A stretch of DNA of 64,000 bases from an uncultured Actinomycetes bacterium (GTDB lineage Bacteria; Actinomycetota; UBA4738; HRBIN12), in contig OY969934.1 in the NCBI GenBank assembly GCA_963704725.1, forward strand, positions 1,216,001-1,280,000, given 5' to 3'. The stretch's first letter is position 1; each line of letters starts with the position of its first letter. Under the pieces are notes generated by a model. It saw only the letters and a program-made list of their open reading frames with translations. It was not told the DNA's origin and did no database searches. Positions 48,139 through 56,837 of the stretch are shown here, piece by piece. A program made the position numbers and the translations under genes.

Positions 48139-48593
48139 CCACGGTGTCGGTCTCGGTCGACGTGGACGCGCCGCCCGAGCGCGTGTGGGCGGTGATCTCG
48201 GACCCGGCCAATCTGCCGCACTGGAATCGCCACATCGTTCGCGTGGTGGGGGTGCCGGCCACCGGGCTCGCTCTGGGTGTGCGGTACGTGACCGAGATGC
48301 GGTTCATGGCGGTTCGGGCCAAGGTGCGCGCCGAGGTCCTGGAGTGGGACCCGCCACGCCGCGCCTCGATCTTGCTCACGGGGGTGCTCGACGCCACCGT
48401 GACCTCGACGGTCGAGCCGCGGGGCGCCGGGCGGAGCCGCCTCGAGCACGTGGTGGAGTACCGCTTCCGCGGCGGGCCCGTGGGCGAGCTGGTGGCGAGC
48501 AGCCTGCGTCTCGTCGGCGGCGCACAGTACGCCCTCCGTCACGGCACCCAGGCGCAGAAGGTCGAGATCGAGTCGGGCGTCGGGCGCGACTGA
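48135..48593 (+). CDS. SRPBCC family protein
   Basis: VDAPPERVWAVISDPANLPHWN, EWDPPR; GTGA overlap. Confidence 0.82.
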   Translation: MTTVSVSVDVDAPPERVWAVISDPANLPHWNRHIVRVVGVPATGLALGVRYVTEMRFMAVRAKVRAEVLEWDPPRRASILLTGVLDATVTSTVEPRGAGRSRLEHVVEYRFRGGPVGELVASSLRLVGGAQYALRHGTQAQKVEIESGVGRD

Positions 48594-48604
48594 ACGCGGA
48601 TCGA

Positions 48605-48910
48605 TCAGTCGCCGTCGGGCTTGCGGAGCCGACGTCGCTCCTCGCGGCCCGGGCGGCCGACGAAGTACCCGATCACGAACCCGAGGATCCCCGCCACGGC
48701 GATCACGGTGACGACCCGCGCCTGTGTCTGGAAGACCAGGAAGTTGACGCGCACGGGCTTGAAGTTCAGCGCTGCGAACGCGACCAACAGGACGGCCAGG
48801 ACGCCGATCAGGACCTGCTTCGGCGTGAGGCCGGATCGCGTGGGGGCCTCCGGGATGGGGCCGTCGGGATCCCGATGGCCCTCCGACCCGAGGTCGTCGC
48901 CCCGTCGCAT
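48605..48910 (-). CDS. LapA/DUF1049-like small membrane protein
   Basis: TM-FAALNFKPVRVNFL-TM pattern; GGAGGAGG SD before ATG 48910. Confidence 0.7.
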   Translation of the reverse strand: MRRGDDLGSEGHRDPDGPIPEAPTRSGLTPKQVLIGVLAVLLVAFAALNFKPVRVNFLVFQTQARVVTVIAVAGILGFVIGYFVGRPGREERRRLRKPDGD

Positions 48911-48981
48911 CGCGTCCTCCTCCCTCCGGTCCCGGATCCGGTCCGGGGCCCTCGACCGATCGTCGCATATCATCGCCGCCC

Positions 48982-49593
48982 GTGAGGGCGCGCAGGCTGA
49001 TCCGGGCGACGGGGATCTTGGGAGCCGCCGTCGCGGTCGGGGTGTGGAGCTCGGGGGGCCGGGGTCGCGAGCTCGACCGGGAGGCGTTCCGAGCCCTGAA
49101 CCGCGATCGAGGTCCGGTCGCCGACGCCGTGCTCCATGGCGTCACGGAGCTCGGCTCGATCTGGGCGCCGATCGGCGCGGGGGCCGTGCTCGCGGCCGCC
49201 GGCCGGCGGCGGGCGGCGGCGCGGGGCCTCGCCGCGGCCGGGGCGACGTGGCTCGCCGGCCAGGGCCTGAAGAAGCTCTTCCTTCGACCGCGCCCGTACG
49301 TCGACGATCCGTCCGGGACCCGCCTTCTGATCGGGCCGCCGCGCGCCACCTCGTGGCCGAGCAGCCACCCGGCCGTGCTCCTGGCGTTCACGACCGTCGC
49401 CGGCCGCGAGGTGGGCGCGAGGGCTCGGGGCCGGGCCGCCCTGGACGGGCTGGGACTCCTCGTGGGGCTGTCGAGGACCTACGTGGGCGTGCACTACCCG
49501 GCCGACGTGGTGGGCGGGGTGCTCATGGGAAGGGCAGTGGCCGCCGTGATCTCGGACGGAGCGCGCCCGGGCGGCGCCGGGATCGACGGATAG
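48982..49593 (+). CDS. PAP2 family phosphatase
   Basis: K......RP, SWPSSH, SRTYVGVHYPADV motifs. Confidence 0.9.
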   Translation: MRARRLIRATGILGAAVAVGVWSSGGRGRELDREAFRALNRDRGPVADAVLHGVTELGSIWAPIGAGAVLAAAGRRRAAARGLAAAGATWLAGQGLKKLFLRPRPYVDDPSGTRLLIGPPRATSWPSSHPAVLLAFTTVAGREVGARARGRAALDGLGLLVGLSRTYVGVHYPADVVGGVLMGRAVAAVISDGARPGGAGIDG

Positions 49594-49603
49594 ACTCGGC
49601 GCC

Positions 49604-50542
49604 GTGATCCCTCTCGTCGGCGCCATCGGATGGCCCGTGATCGACCGGTGGCACATCTTCGGCGCGTTCGCGATCAGCCCCCATGGCGTGATGATCGCGG
49701 TCGGCTACCTCTTCGGCGCGTGGATCCTGTCGCACGAGGGGCCCAAGCGCGGGCTCACCGTCGAGCACATCAACTCGATGGTCTTCTGGTCCCTGGTCGG
49801 GACGATCATCGGCGCCCGGCTGTTCTTCGTCATCGGCCACTACTCCGAGTTCGACTCGATCGGGGAGATGCTCGCGGTCTGGAGGGGCGGGCTCACGATC
49901 ATGGGCGGCATGGCCGGGGCGGTCCTGATCAACGTGCCGCTGATGCGCCGGTACGGCTATCGGTTCTTCCAGGTCATGGACGGCGCCGTGATCGGGCTGG
50001 CGTTCGGCATCGCGTTCGGCCGGATCGGCGACCTCATCATCGGCGACCACTACGGCAAGCCGACGAGCTGGCTTCTCGCGTTCCAGTACAAGGGCACCGG
50101 GGTGCCGGCGGGGTTCGCCTGTGCCGCCGACACCTGTACGACGACCCTTCAGGGCAACCAGGTCCTCGAGCTCACGCACCGGGGCGCCACGCTGACCTCC
50201 TCGACCGGGGAGATCCTCGGGACCGGCGTCGGGATCCACCAGACGGCGCTGTACGACATGATCCTCGCGACCCTGCTGTTCCTCGTGCTGTATCTGCTCT
50301 CGCGGAGCCCCCGCCGGGTCGGGGTGCTGACGCTGACGTTCGGGGCCTGGTACGGCGGCTCCCGCGTCCTCGAGGACTTCCTCCGCGTCGACAAGCACAT
50401 CTTCGGGCTGACCGGGAGCCAGTGGACCGGGATGACCGTGTCGATCGTGTGCCTGGTCACGCTGACGGTCTGGGCGCTCCGCCGGGATGCGGGCCGTCCA
50501 CCCGACGACCGCGAGCCGATCTCCGACGCCGTCGCGGCCTGA
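49604..50542 (+). CDS. lgt: Prolipoprotein diacylglyceryl transferase family protein (divergent)
   Basis: IIGARLFFV, WRGGL..GG, GRIGD..GDHYG, HQTALYD, RVLEDFLR. Confidence 0.8.
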   Translation: MIPLVGAIGWPVIDRWHIFGAFAISPHGVMIAVGYLFGAWILSHEGPKRGLTVEHINSMVFWSLVGTIIGARLFFVIGHYSEFDSIGEMLAVWRGGLTIMGGMAGAVLINVPLMRRYGYRFFQVMDGAVIGLAFGIAFGRIGDLIIGDHYGKPTSWLLAFQYKGTGVPAGFACAADTCTTTLQGNQVLELTHRGATLTSSTGEILGTGVGIHQTALYDMILATLLFLVLYLLSRSPRRVGVLTLTFGAWYGGSRVLEDFLRVDKHIFGLTGSQWTGMTVSIVCLVTLTVWALRRDAGRPPDDREPISDAVAA

Positions 50543-50599
50543 CGCCGCTCCCGAAGCGCCGGCCGTTCCGGCGGATCCGCTCCCCGAACTGGACGAGTC

Positions 50600-51742
50600 T
50601 CAGTGGGCGTGGCCCTGGTGGCCGCCGGAGGCGGCGGCCGCTCCCGGCTGGGCCATGAGCGGCAACGGCTTGCCCACCTTCGTCCGAGACGTCCGGGCGA
50701 GCTCCCGGGCGGCCGCGCGCAGCGCCTCGCCCGCGGGGGAGTCGGGGTGGCTCACGACGATCGGCATGCCGGCGTCGCCCCCCGCCCGGAGCAGCGGCAT
50801 GAGCGGGACCTGCGCCAGGAGCGGGACGCCGAGCGTGTCGGCGGCCTCCTGCCCGCCGCCCTCGCCGAAGATCGCCTCGCGCTCCCCGCAGTGCGGGCAG
50901 ACGAACCAGGACATGTTCTCGATCACGCCGACGGGTCGCAGGTTGGTGCGCTCGGCCATCTTGCCGGCGCGCTCGGCGACCTTGCGGGCGGCCTCCTGCG
51001 GCGTGGTGACCACGAGCATCGACGCGCCGGGCAGGAACGAGGCCAGGCTGATCGACACGTCGCCGGTGCCGGGAGGAAGGTCGCAGAGCAGGAAGTCCAG
51101 GTCGCCCCAGTAGACGTCGCCCAGGAACTGCTCGATCGCCTTGTGGAGCATGGGTCCGCGCCAGATCACCGGCGTCTCCTCGGGGACGAAGAACCCCATC
51201 GAGATGACCTTCACCCCGTGCGACTCGAGCGGCAGGATCATGTCGTTGAAGCCCACGGGCTTGCCGAAGACGCCCATCATCCTGGGGACGCTGAACCCCC
51301 ACACGTCGGCGTCCAGGATCCCCACGCGGTGACCCTCCGCCGCCATCGCGACGGCCAGGTTCACCGTGACGCTCGACTTGCCGACGCCCCCCTTGCCGGA
51401 GGCGACCGCGATCACGACGGTGTCGTCACTGGTGAAGAACGTCCGCTGTTCGGGGGCCGCGCTCCCGCGGAGCTGGCCGACGAGCTGCGCCCGCTGATCC
51501 TCGCTCATCGGCGTCATCCGCACGTCGACCGAGCTCACGCCGAGCGGCGCCAGTGCCGCCTGCACGTCGCCGGTGATGCGATCCTGCAGGGGGCAGCCGG
51601 CGATCGTCAGCAGGACGTCGACCCGGACGGCGTCGCCCTGGACCGCCACCCCGGCCAGCATGCCGAGCTCGTCGATCGGACGGCCGATCTCGGGATCGCG
51701 AACCTGGTGCAGCGCCTCGCGGACCTGGGCTTCGGTGACCAA
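50600..51742 (-). CDS. mrp: Mrp/NBP35 (ApbC) Fe-S cluster carrier ATPase
   Basis: N-terminal DUF59-like VRDPEI...GCP; SGKGGVGKS, WRGPML, DLPPGTGD, ENMS..CPHC; TTG 51742 with GGAGG SD. Confidence 0.92.
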   Translation of the reverse strand: MVTEAQVREALHQVRDPEIGRPIDELGMLAGVAVQGDAVRVDVLLTIAGCPLQDRITGDVQAALAPLGVSSVDVRMTPMSEDQRAQLVGQLRGSAAPEQRTFFTSDDTVVIAVASGKGGVGKSSVTVNLAVAMAAEGHRVGILDADVWGFSVPRMMGVFGKPVGFNDMILPLESHGVKVISMGFFVPEETPVIWRGPMLHKAIEQFLGDVYWGDLDFLLCDLPPGTGDVSISLASFLPGASMLVVTTPQEAARKVAERAGKMAERTNLRPVGVIENMSWFVCPHCGEREAIFGEGGGQEAADTLGVPLLAQVPLMPLLRAGGDAGMPIVVSHPDSPAGEALRAAARELARTSRTKVGKPLPLMAQPGAAAASGGHQGHAH

Positions 51743-51825
51743 GGGCGAACCTCCGGGGATTATCCTGATTCCGACCGTGCGAACCGTGCGATCTCCCATG
51801 GTACGGCCAGTGCCCGGGGGCGTCG

Positions 51826-52515
51826 ATGCCGGGCCGTGAGCCGAGCCCGATCGGCGTCCACAAGGCGCTGGCCGACGATACGCGGTTCCGCCTCTACCGG
51901 TACCTCGGACTGTCCGGCCGCCCGGTCTCGGTGCGCGAGCTCTCGACCCGTCTGTCCCTGCACCCCAACACGCTGCGTCCGCACCTTCGCCGCCTGGAGG
52001 AGGCCGGCCTGGTCCGGCGAGAGACGCGGAAGGGACCGGCCGGGGTGGGCCGGCCCCAGACGCTCTACGTGGCGGTCGATCGCGAGGGCGACCAGGGGCG
52101 CGAGTACCGGCTGCTCGCCGAGATCCTGGCCGGCCTGGTGCGCGGGGTCCGCACCCGGGACCGGGCCACCGTCCTGGCTCGGGAGTGGGGGCAGTACCTC
52201 GCGATCCAGGGCGGGCCGAAGCCGGGGACACGGTTGCCGGCCGGCCGCAACCTCGCCGTCCTCCAGGAGGCCATGGCGCACGCCGGGTTCGAGCCGAGGT
52301 TCCGCCGGGCGGGGCGGGGGGCGGTCGAGGTCTCGCTGCGCGACTGCCCGTTCCGGGACCTCCTCGACGACCACCGCGAGCTGGTGTGCGCCATCCACCG
52401 AGGATTGGTAGAGGGCATGCTCGGGGCGCTCAAACCGCCCCTGACGCTCGTGTCGTTCGAGCCCCTGGCCGAGCGCACCGTGTGTCGCCTCGTGGCCCGT
52501 CCCCCGGACCCCTGA
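51826..52515 (+). CDS. ArsR-like HTH transcriptional regulator with C-terminal Cys motif
   Basis: KALADDTR, LHPNTLRPHLRRL, GRP..LY, DCPF, LVCAIHRG. Confidence 0.85.
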   Translation: MPGREPSPIGVHKALADDTRFRLYRYLGLSGRPVSVRELSTRLSLHPNTLRPHLRRLEEAGLVRRETRKGPAGVGRPQTLYVAVDREGDQGREYRLLAEILAGLVRGVRTRDRATVLAREWGQYLAIQGGPKPGTRLPAGRNLAVLQEAMAHAGFEPRFRRAGRGAVEVSLRDCPFRDLLDDHRELVCAIHRGLVEGMLGALKPPLTLVSFEPLAERTVCRLVARPPDP

Positions 52516-52560
52516 TCCGCACCGATTCTCCCCGAAATGTGGGAAACCCGAGCCCCGGGC

Positions 52561-52588
52561 TCAGGATGGGTGCGCGCGCAGTCGATAA
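52561..52588 (+). promoter_or_regulatory. Putative sigma28 (FliA/WhiG-type) promoter upstream of pilT
   Basis: TCAGG-N15-GTCGATAA, close to the TAAA/TCAAG...GCCGATAA consensus. Confidence 0.45.
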
Positions 52589-52650
52589 GGAACCGGGACA
52601 CCCCGGGTGTGGGTTCGGTTCTCCACGCGACCGGCCCGAAAGGCGGAGCG

Positions 52651-53796
52651 GTGATCGAAGCGCCTCAACTGCAGGACCTCCCGCAGGTGCCGAACGGCCA
52701 CGGCGATTCCGGCGTCCTCGAGCGGTTCTGCGGGTGGTTGACCACCCTCACGGAGACCGAGGGATCCGACCTTCACGTGAAGGTGGGGACGCCGCCCAAG
52801 GTTCGGCTGTCCGGCGCCCTGCTCCCGCTGGATCACCCTCCGCTCACCGACGAGGACACGGCGGCGATCGCGGCCGCGATCGTGCCCGCCAACCGGCGGC
52901 AGCGGTTCGAGTCCAGCGGCGAGGTCGACTTCGCCTACTCCTTGCGCAACGTAGGCCGGTTCCGCGTCAACGTGTTCCGTCAGCGGGGGTCGATCTCGGC
53001 GGTCCTGCGCAAGCTCCGGTTCGGCGGCCCAACGTTCGAGGAGATGCACCTGCCCGACACGCTGCGCTCGCTCTCGGAGGCGCAGCGCGGCCTCATCCTC
53101 GTGACCGGTCCGACCGGATCGGGCAAGACGACCACGCTGTCCGCGATGATCGAGCACGTGAACCACATGCGGCAGTGCCACATCGTCACGATCGAGGACC
53201 CGATCGAGGTGCTGTTCCGCGACGACGTGGCCTCGATCAACCAGCGCGAGGTGGGCAACGACACGGAGAGCTTCCTGTCGGCGCTCCGCGCCGCGCTCCG
53301 CCAGGACCCCGACGTCATCCTGATCGGAGAGATGCGCGACACCGAGACGGTGCGGGCGGCGTTGCAGGCGGCCGAGACCGGCCACCTCGTCCTGTCCACG
53401 CTGCACACCGTGGACGCGACCGAGACCGTGAACCGGGTCGTGGACTTCTTCCCCCCGTACCAGCAGGGACAGATCCGACTGACCCTGGCCGGTGCCCTCA
53501 AGGGCATCGTCTGCCAGCGGCTCGTGCCGACCGTCGACGGAGGGTTGCTGCCGTGCCACGAGGTTCTGGTCAACACCGGGCGGATCGCCGAGCGCATCGC
53601 CGACCCGGACAAGACCGCCGAGATCCACGAGGTGATCGCCGAGGGCGGGTACTACGGCATGCTCACCTTCGACCAGAGCCTCCTGCAGCTCGTCCAGGGG
53701 GGGCGCGTGTCGATCGAGTCTGCGCTCGCGGGGTCGACGAACCCCCACGACTTCAAGCTGCTCCTCCAGCAGGCCGGCGTCTCCTCGTCGTCCTGA
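52651..53796 (+). CDS. pilT: Type IV pilus retraction ATPase (PilT/PilU family)
   Basis: SDLH, GRFRVNVF.QRG, GPTGSGKTTT, TIEDPIE, QREVG, ALRQDPDVILIGEMRD, TGHLVLSTLHT. Confidence 0.92.
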   Translation: MIEAPQLQDLPQVPNGHGDSGVLERFCGWLTTLTETEGSDLHVKVGTPPKVRLSGALLPLDHPPLTDEDTAAIAAAIVPANRRQRFESSGEVDFAYSLRNVGRFRVNVFRQRGSISAVLRKLRFGGPTFEEMHLPDTLRSLSEAQRGLILVTGPTGSGKTTTLSAMIEHVNHMRQCHIVTIEDPIEVLFRDDVASINQREVGNDTESFLSALRAALRQDPDVILIGEMRDTETVRAALQAAETGHLVLSTLHTVDATETVNRVVDFFPPYQQGQIRLTLAGALKGIVCQRLVPTVDGGLLPCHEVLVNTGRIAERIADPDKTAEIHEVIAEGGYYGMLTFDQSLLQLVQGGRVSIESALAGSTNPHDFKLLLQQAGVSSSS

Positions 53797-53802
53797 CCAC
53801 CG

Positions 53803-54375
53803 CTAGGGGGCGACCGGGACGCGCCGCGCCCGGCGTCGAACCGCGAGACCTCCGCCCAGCCCGGCCAGGAGCCCGAGCCCGCTGCCGAGGACCCAGCCCG
53901 TCGCCGCACCGTTGCCGTCGGGGTCCTCGGAGACGGTCTGCACCTCGACCGGTGGCGAGGACTCCGGTGGCCGGTAGGAGGCCACGGTGACGGCGATGCC
54001 GTCGCCGGCCCCGGAGCCGTCGCCCACGACGATCGCGCCGGTCATGCCGGGGTGGTAGATGCAGGCATACGGGTAGATGCCGGCGTCGGCGAACGTCGCG
54101 GTGAAGGCGTCGCCCGCGATCAGGTCGCCGGACGTGCCCCACCCCATCCCCGCCACCATGTGCACGAACCCGTCCCGGTTCACGAAGGTGACGGTGCCGC
54201 CCGGATCGATCCGAAGCGTCGTGGGGGTGAAGCACAGGTCCTTCAGCTCCACGGTGTTGCCGGCTCCCGTGGTGGCGCGCGAGTGACACCCGTCTCCGGC
54301 CGAAGCCGGCAAGGCGGGAACGACGAGCAGCGCAAGCACGGTCACCCAGAGCGCGGAGAGCGATCGTCGAGCCAT
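53803..54375 (-). CDS. Secreted, C-terminally membrane-anchored cupredoxin (plastocyanin/azurin-like)
   Basis: Signal peptide, FTPTTLRI..G.TVTF.N...H, YACIYHPGM, C-terminal TM + RRR; GGAGG SD. Confidence 0.85.
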   Translation of the reverse strand: MARRSLSALWVTVLALLVVPALPASAGDGCHSRATTGAGNTVELKDLCFTPTTLRIDPGGTVTFVNRDGFVHMVAGMGWGTSGDLIAGDAFTATFADAGIYPYACIYHPGMTGAIVVGDGSGAGDGIAVTVASYRPPESSPPVEVQTVSEDPDGNGAATGWVLGSGLGLLAGLGGGLAVRRRARRVPVAP

Positions 54376-54404
54376 GGCGCCTCCTCCCGTCCGTCTGGAG
54401 GCTC

Positions 54405-54430
54405 TACACCTCGATGCTCGATGTGGTTCC
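54405..54430 (-). promoter_or_regulatory. ECF sigma promoter GGAACC-N14-GGTGTA upstream of the cupredoxin gene
   Basis: Same hexamers and spacing as the motif upstream of the ECF sigma gene (55888-55913). Confidence 0.7.
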
Positions 54431-54434
54431 GTGC

Positions 54435-55187
54435 TCACCCGATCCGCTCGGCGAGGGCGATCGCCTCGTCCAGGCCGAGCGAGGTCTCGAGCCGAAGGGT
54501 GACGTCGCCCAGCGCCCAGATGAGCACGTTTCCCTCGACGGAGAAGGGCTGGGTGCCGGCCTCCGTCTGCAGGATCAAGCCATGCGGCGCGTCGATCCAG
54601 AACGCCCGCCGCCCGGACACCCGCGCCGGGTGAAGGTCCTCGAACGCGTTCACGTCCTTTACCGCGAGCTCCCGGCCCTCGGGGAGCTCCAGCAGGGCCA
54701 GACCCCACGGAGTCCCCGGCACGGCTGGGTAGCGGTCGCTCGGGTCCCAGGTGAGGAGCGCCGCGTCTCCGCCGATCGTCGACACCACGTACGCGGCGTC
54801 CGGGGCGGGGCCGGGCGGGAGGGCAAGGGGGAAGCCGGTGGCAGCGGCCACCTCCTCGAGCGGAACCGACGGTCCCAGTGCGTCCGAGCCGAATGGTGGG
54901 CCGGACGGGCTTGCGCCGGGTTGGACGCGGACCTCCGCGGAGCCGATCACGAACCTGGCCCCGAACGCGAGCGCGACGAGCGCGAGGACGCCGATCGCGG
55001 CGAGCGCCAGGAGGCGGCGGCGCCCCCAGATGGCGATGCGGGGGAAGGGCGGCCGCGCTCGAGCCGCCCGGTCCGCCTCGAGCCGGACGACGACGCCCGG
55101 CACCAGCGACGGCGTGGGGGGGTAGGCGGGCTCGAGCCGCGACAGGGCGCGTCCGAGGGCCTCGTCGCTCATCGGTCGCTCAGCCAT
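54435..55187 (-). CDS. Putative membrane-anchored anti-sigma factor
   Basis: Overlaps the ECF sigma stop; short N-terminal domain, single TM, extracytoplasmic domain ending ALAERIG. Confidence 0.65.
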   Translation of the reverse strand: MAERPMSDEALGRALSRLEPAYPPTPSLVPGVVVRLEADRAARARPPFPRIAIWGRRRLLALAAIGVLALVALAFGARFVIGSAEVRVQPGASPSGPPFGSDALGPSVPLEEVAAATGFPLALPPGPAPDAAYVVSTIGGDAALLTWDPSDRYPAVPGTPWGLALLELPEGRELAVKDVNAFEDLHPARVSGRRAFWIDAPHGLILQTEAGTQPFSVEGNVLIWALGDVTLRLETSLGLDEAIALAERIG

Positions 55188-55809
55188 CGGCGTCTCCCGC
55201 CGGTGCGAACCCCTCCGGCAGCGCGATCCTCAGGCGGGCCAGCGCCCGCGACAGGCGGGACTTCACGGTTCCGGGCCGGACCCCGAGGGCCGCCGACGTC
55301 TCGGCCTCCGACAGGTCGAGCAGGTAGCGGTAGGCGATCACGAGACGGTCGCGCTCGGGCAGGGCCTCCAGGGCCTGGAGCAGGATGCCCCGGGACTCGT
55401 GACCGATCGCCGCGGTGTCGGGCGATCCGGCCGCCTCCTCGGGCCCCCGAACCTCGGCCAGGCGAAGCGCGAGCCGCTCGTGCCGGCCCGCCGAGCGCCG
55501 GCGGTTCCTCGCTTCGTTCGAGACGATCCGCAGGATCCAGGGCCGGAACGGCTCCCCGGACCGGAAGCGGCCGAGCGCGTAGTAGGCCTTCACGAACGCA
55601 TCCTGTGCGGCGTCCTCCGCGTCCGCGCCGTTGCGGGCGATCAGATATGCGGCCCGGAACGCGACGTCCCGGTACCGCTCGACGAGCTCCGCATAGGCGC
55701 GGACGTCGTCGTCCCTGGCGAGCTCGACGAGCTCGGCGTCCGTTCTTGCCGATGGACCCTCGCTTCGCGAGGGTCCATCGGGGGCTACCGCTTCGCTACT
55801 CGAGCCCAA
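55180..55809 (-). CDS. ECF RNA polymerase sigma-70 factor
   Basis: DAEDAAQDAF, PWILRIVSN (region 2), LPERDR...GTVKSRLSRA (region 4); start uncertain. Confidence 0.9.
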   Translation of the reverse strand: MGSSSEAVAPDGPSRSEGPSARTDAELVELARDDDVRAYAELVERYRDVAFRAAYLIARNGADAEDAAQDAFVKAYYALGRFRSGEPFRPWILRIVSNEARNRRRSAGRHERLALRLAEVRGPEEAAGSPDTAAIGHESRGILLQALEALPERDRLVIAYRYLLDLSEAETSAALGVRPGTVKSRLSRALARLRIALPEGFAPAGDADG

Positions 55810-55887
55810 CGCCCTGGTGGCAGCGGATCCACAACGTCGTGTCGCGCCGATCCACCGCTCGCTCTCTCGTGTTCGTCTCGCCCTGGA

Positions 55888-55913
55888 TACACCGAGTCAC
55901 GGCGTCGGGTTCC
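55888..55913 (-). promoter_or_regulatory. Autoregulatory ECF promoter GGAACC-N14-GGTGTA
   Basis: Upstream of the ECF sigma gene; same motif at 54405-54430. Confidence 0.7.
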
Positions 55914-55922
55914 CGGGCCGGT

Positions 55923-56837
55923 CTACGTGGCGGTCGTCTCGGTCGTCTCGGCGGCCTTGCCGTCGGCGCCGTTGCCGCCGAAAGAGCGACCGGTGAGGCC
56001 GCTCAGGCCGGCGAGCAGGTTGGAGAACTCCATCGGGATCACGAACTTCGTGGACGGCGAGGATCCGATCTGCTTGAGGGCGTCCAGGTACTGCAGGCTC
56101 ATCGTGTTCGCGTCGACCTGCTGGGCCGCCTCGTAGATCTTCGTCAAGGCGAGCGCGAAGCCCTCGGCCCGAAGGATCGCGGCCTGCCGGTCGCCCTCGG
56201 CGTTCAGGATGGCCGACTGCTTGTTGCCCTCGGCCACCGTGATGGCGGCCTGCTTGGAGCCGTCGGCCTCGGTCACGACGGCGCGGCGGGTCCGCTCGGC
56301 CGACATCTGGCGGGTCATGGCCTCCTGGACCATGGGGGGCGGGATGATCTCGCGGATCTCGACGTTGGTGACCTTGACGCCCCATCGCTCGGTCACCTCG
56401 TCGAGCTTGGTGCGAAGGGTCTCGTTCATCTGCTCGCGCTTGGCGAGCACGTCGTCGAGCGCCATGTCGCCCACCACGGATCGCAGCGTGGTCGACGCGA
56501 TGTTCTGCGCGGCGCCGGCGAAGTTCCCCACCTCGATCACCGACATCACCGCGTCGAGCACCCGGTAGAACACGATGAAGTCGATCGAGATCGGGGCGTT
56601 GTCCTCGGTGATCGCCGTCTGGTGGGGGATCTCCAGGTACAGCTCGCGCAGGTCGACCATCACGCCCTTGTCGACGAAGGGGATCAGGAACACCAGGCCC
56701 GGCCCCTTCGCGCCGATCGCGTGGCCGAGCCGGAACACCATGAGGCGCTGGTACTCGCGCACGATGCGCAGTGCCTGCGGCAGGATCAGGATCAGCAGCA
56801 GCAGCACCACGCCCGCACCGATGGCGAGACCGATCAC
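55923..56837 (-). CDS. SPFH/Band 7 (stomatin-like) protein
   Basis: N-terminal TM, GPGLVFLIPFVD, ITEDN, TTLRSVVG, WGVKV, QMSAER, AEG repeats; GTGA overlap with nfeD. Confidence 0.92.
   Translation of the reverse strand: MIGLAIGAGVVLLLLILILPQALRIVREYQRLMVFRLGHAIGAKGPGLVFLIPFVDKGVMVDLRELYLEIPHQTAITEDNAPISIDFIVFYRVLDAVMSVIEVGNFAGAAQNIASTTLRSVVGDMALDDVLAKREQMNETLRTKLDEVTERWGVKVTNVEIREIIPPPMVQEAMTRQMSAERTRRAVVTEADGSKQAAITVAEGNKQSAILNAEGDRQAAILRAEGFALALTKIYEAAQQVDANTMSLQYLDALKQIGSSPSTKFVIPMEFSNLLAGLSGLTGRSFGGNGADGKAAETTETTAT

Noticed and set aside
51781-51805. GAACC-N14-GGTACG as a third site for the ECF promoter
   Set aside because: Mismatches in both hexamers; too weak to claim.
52516-52650. 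c-di-GMP or c-di-AMP riboswitch before pilT
   Set aside because: Hairpins and a GAAA loop are present, but the GEMM and ydaO consensus elements could not be matched.
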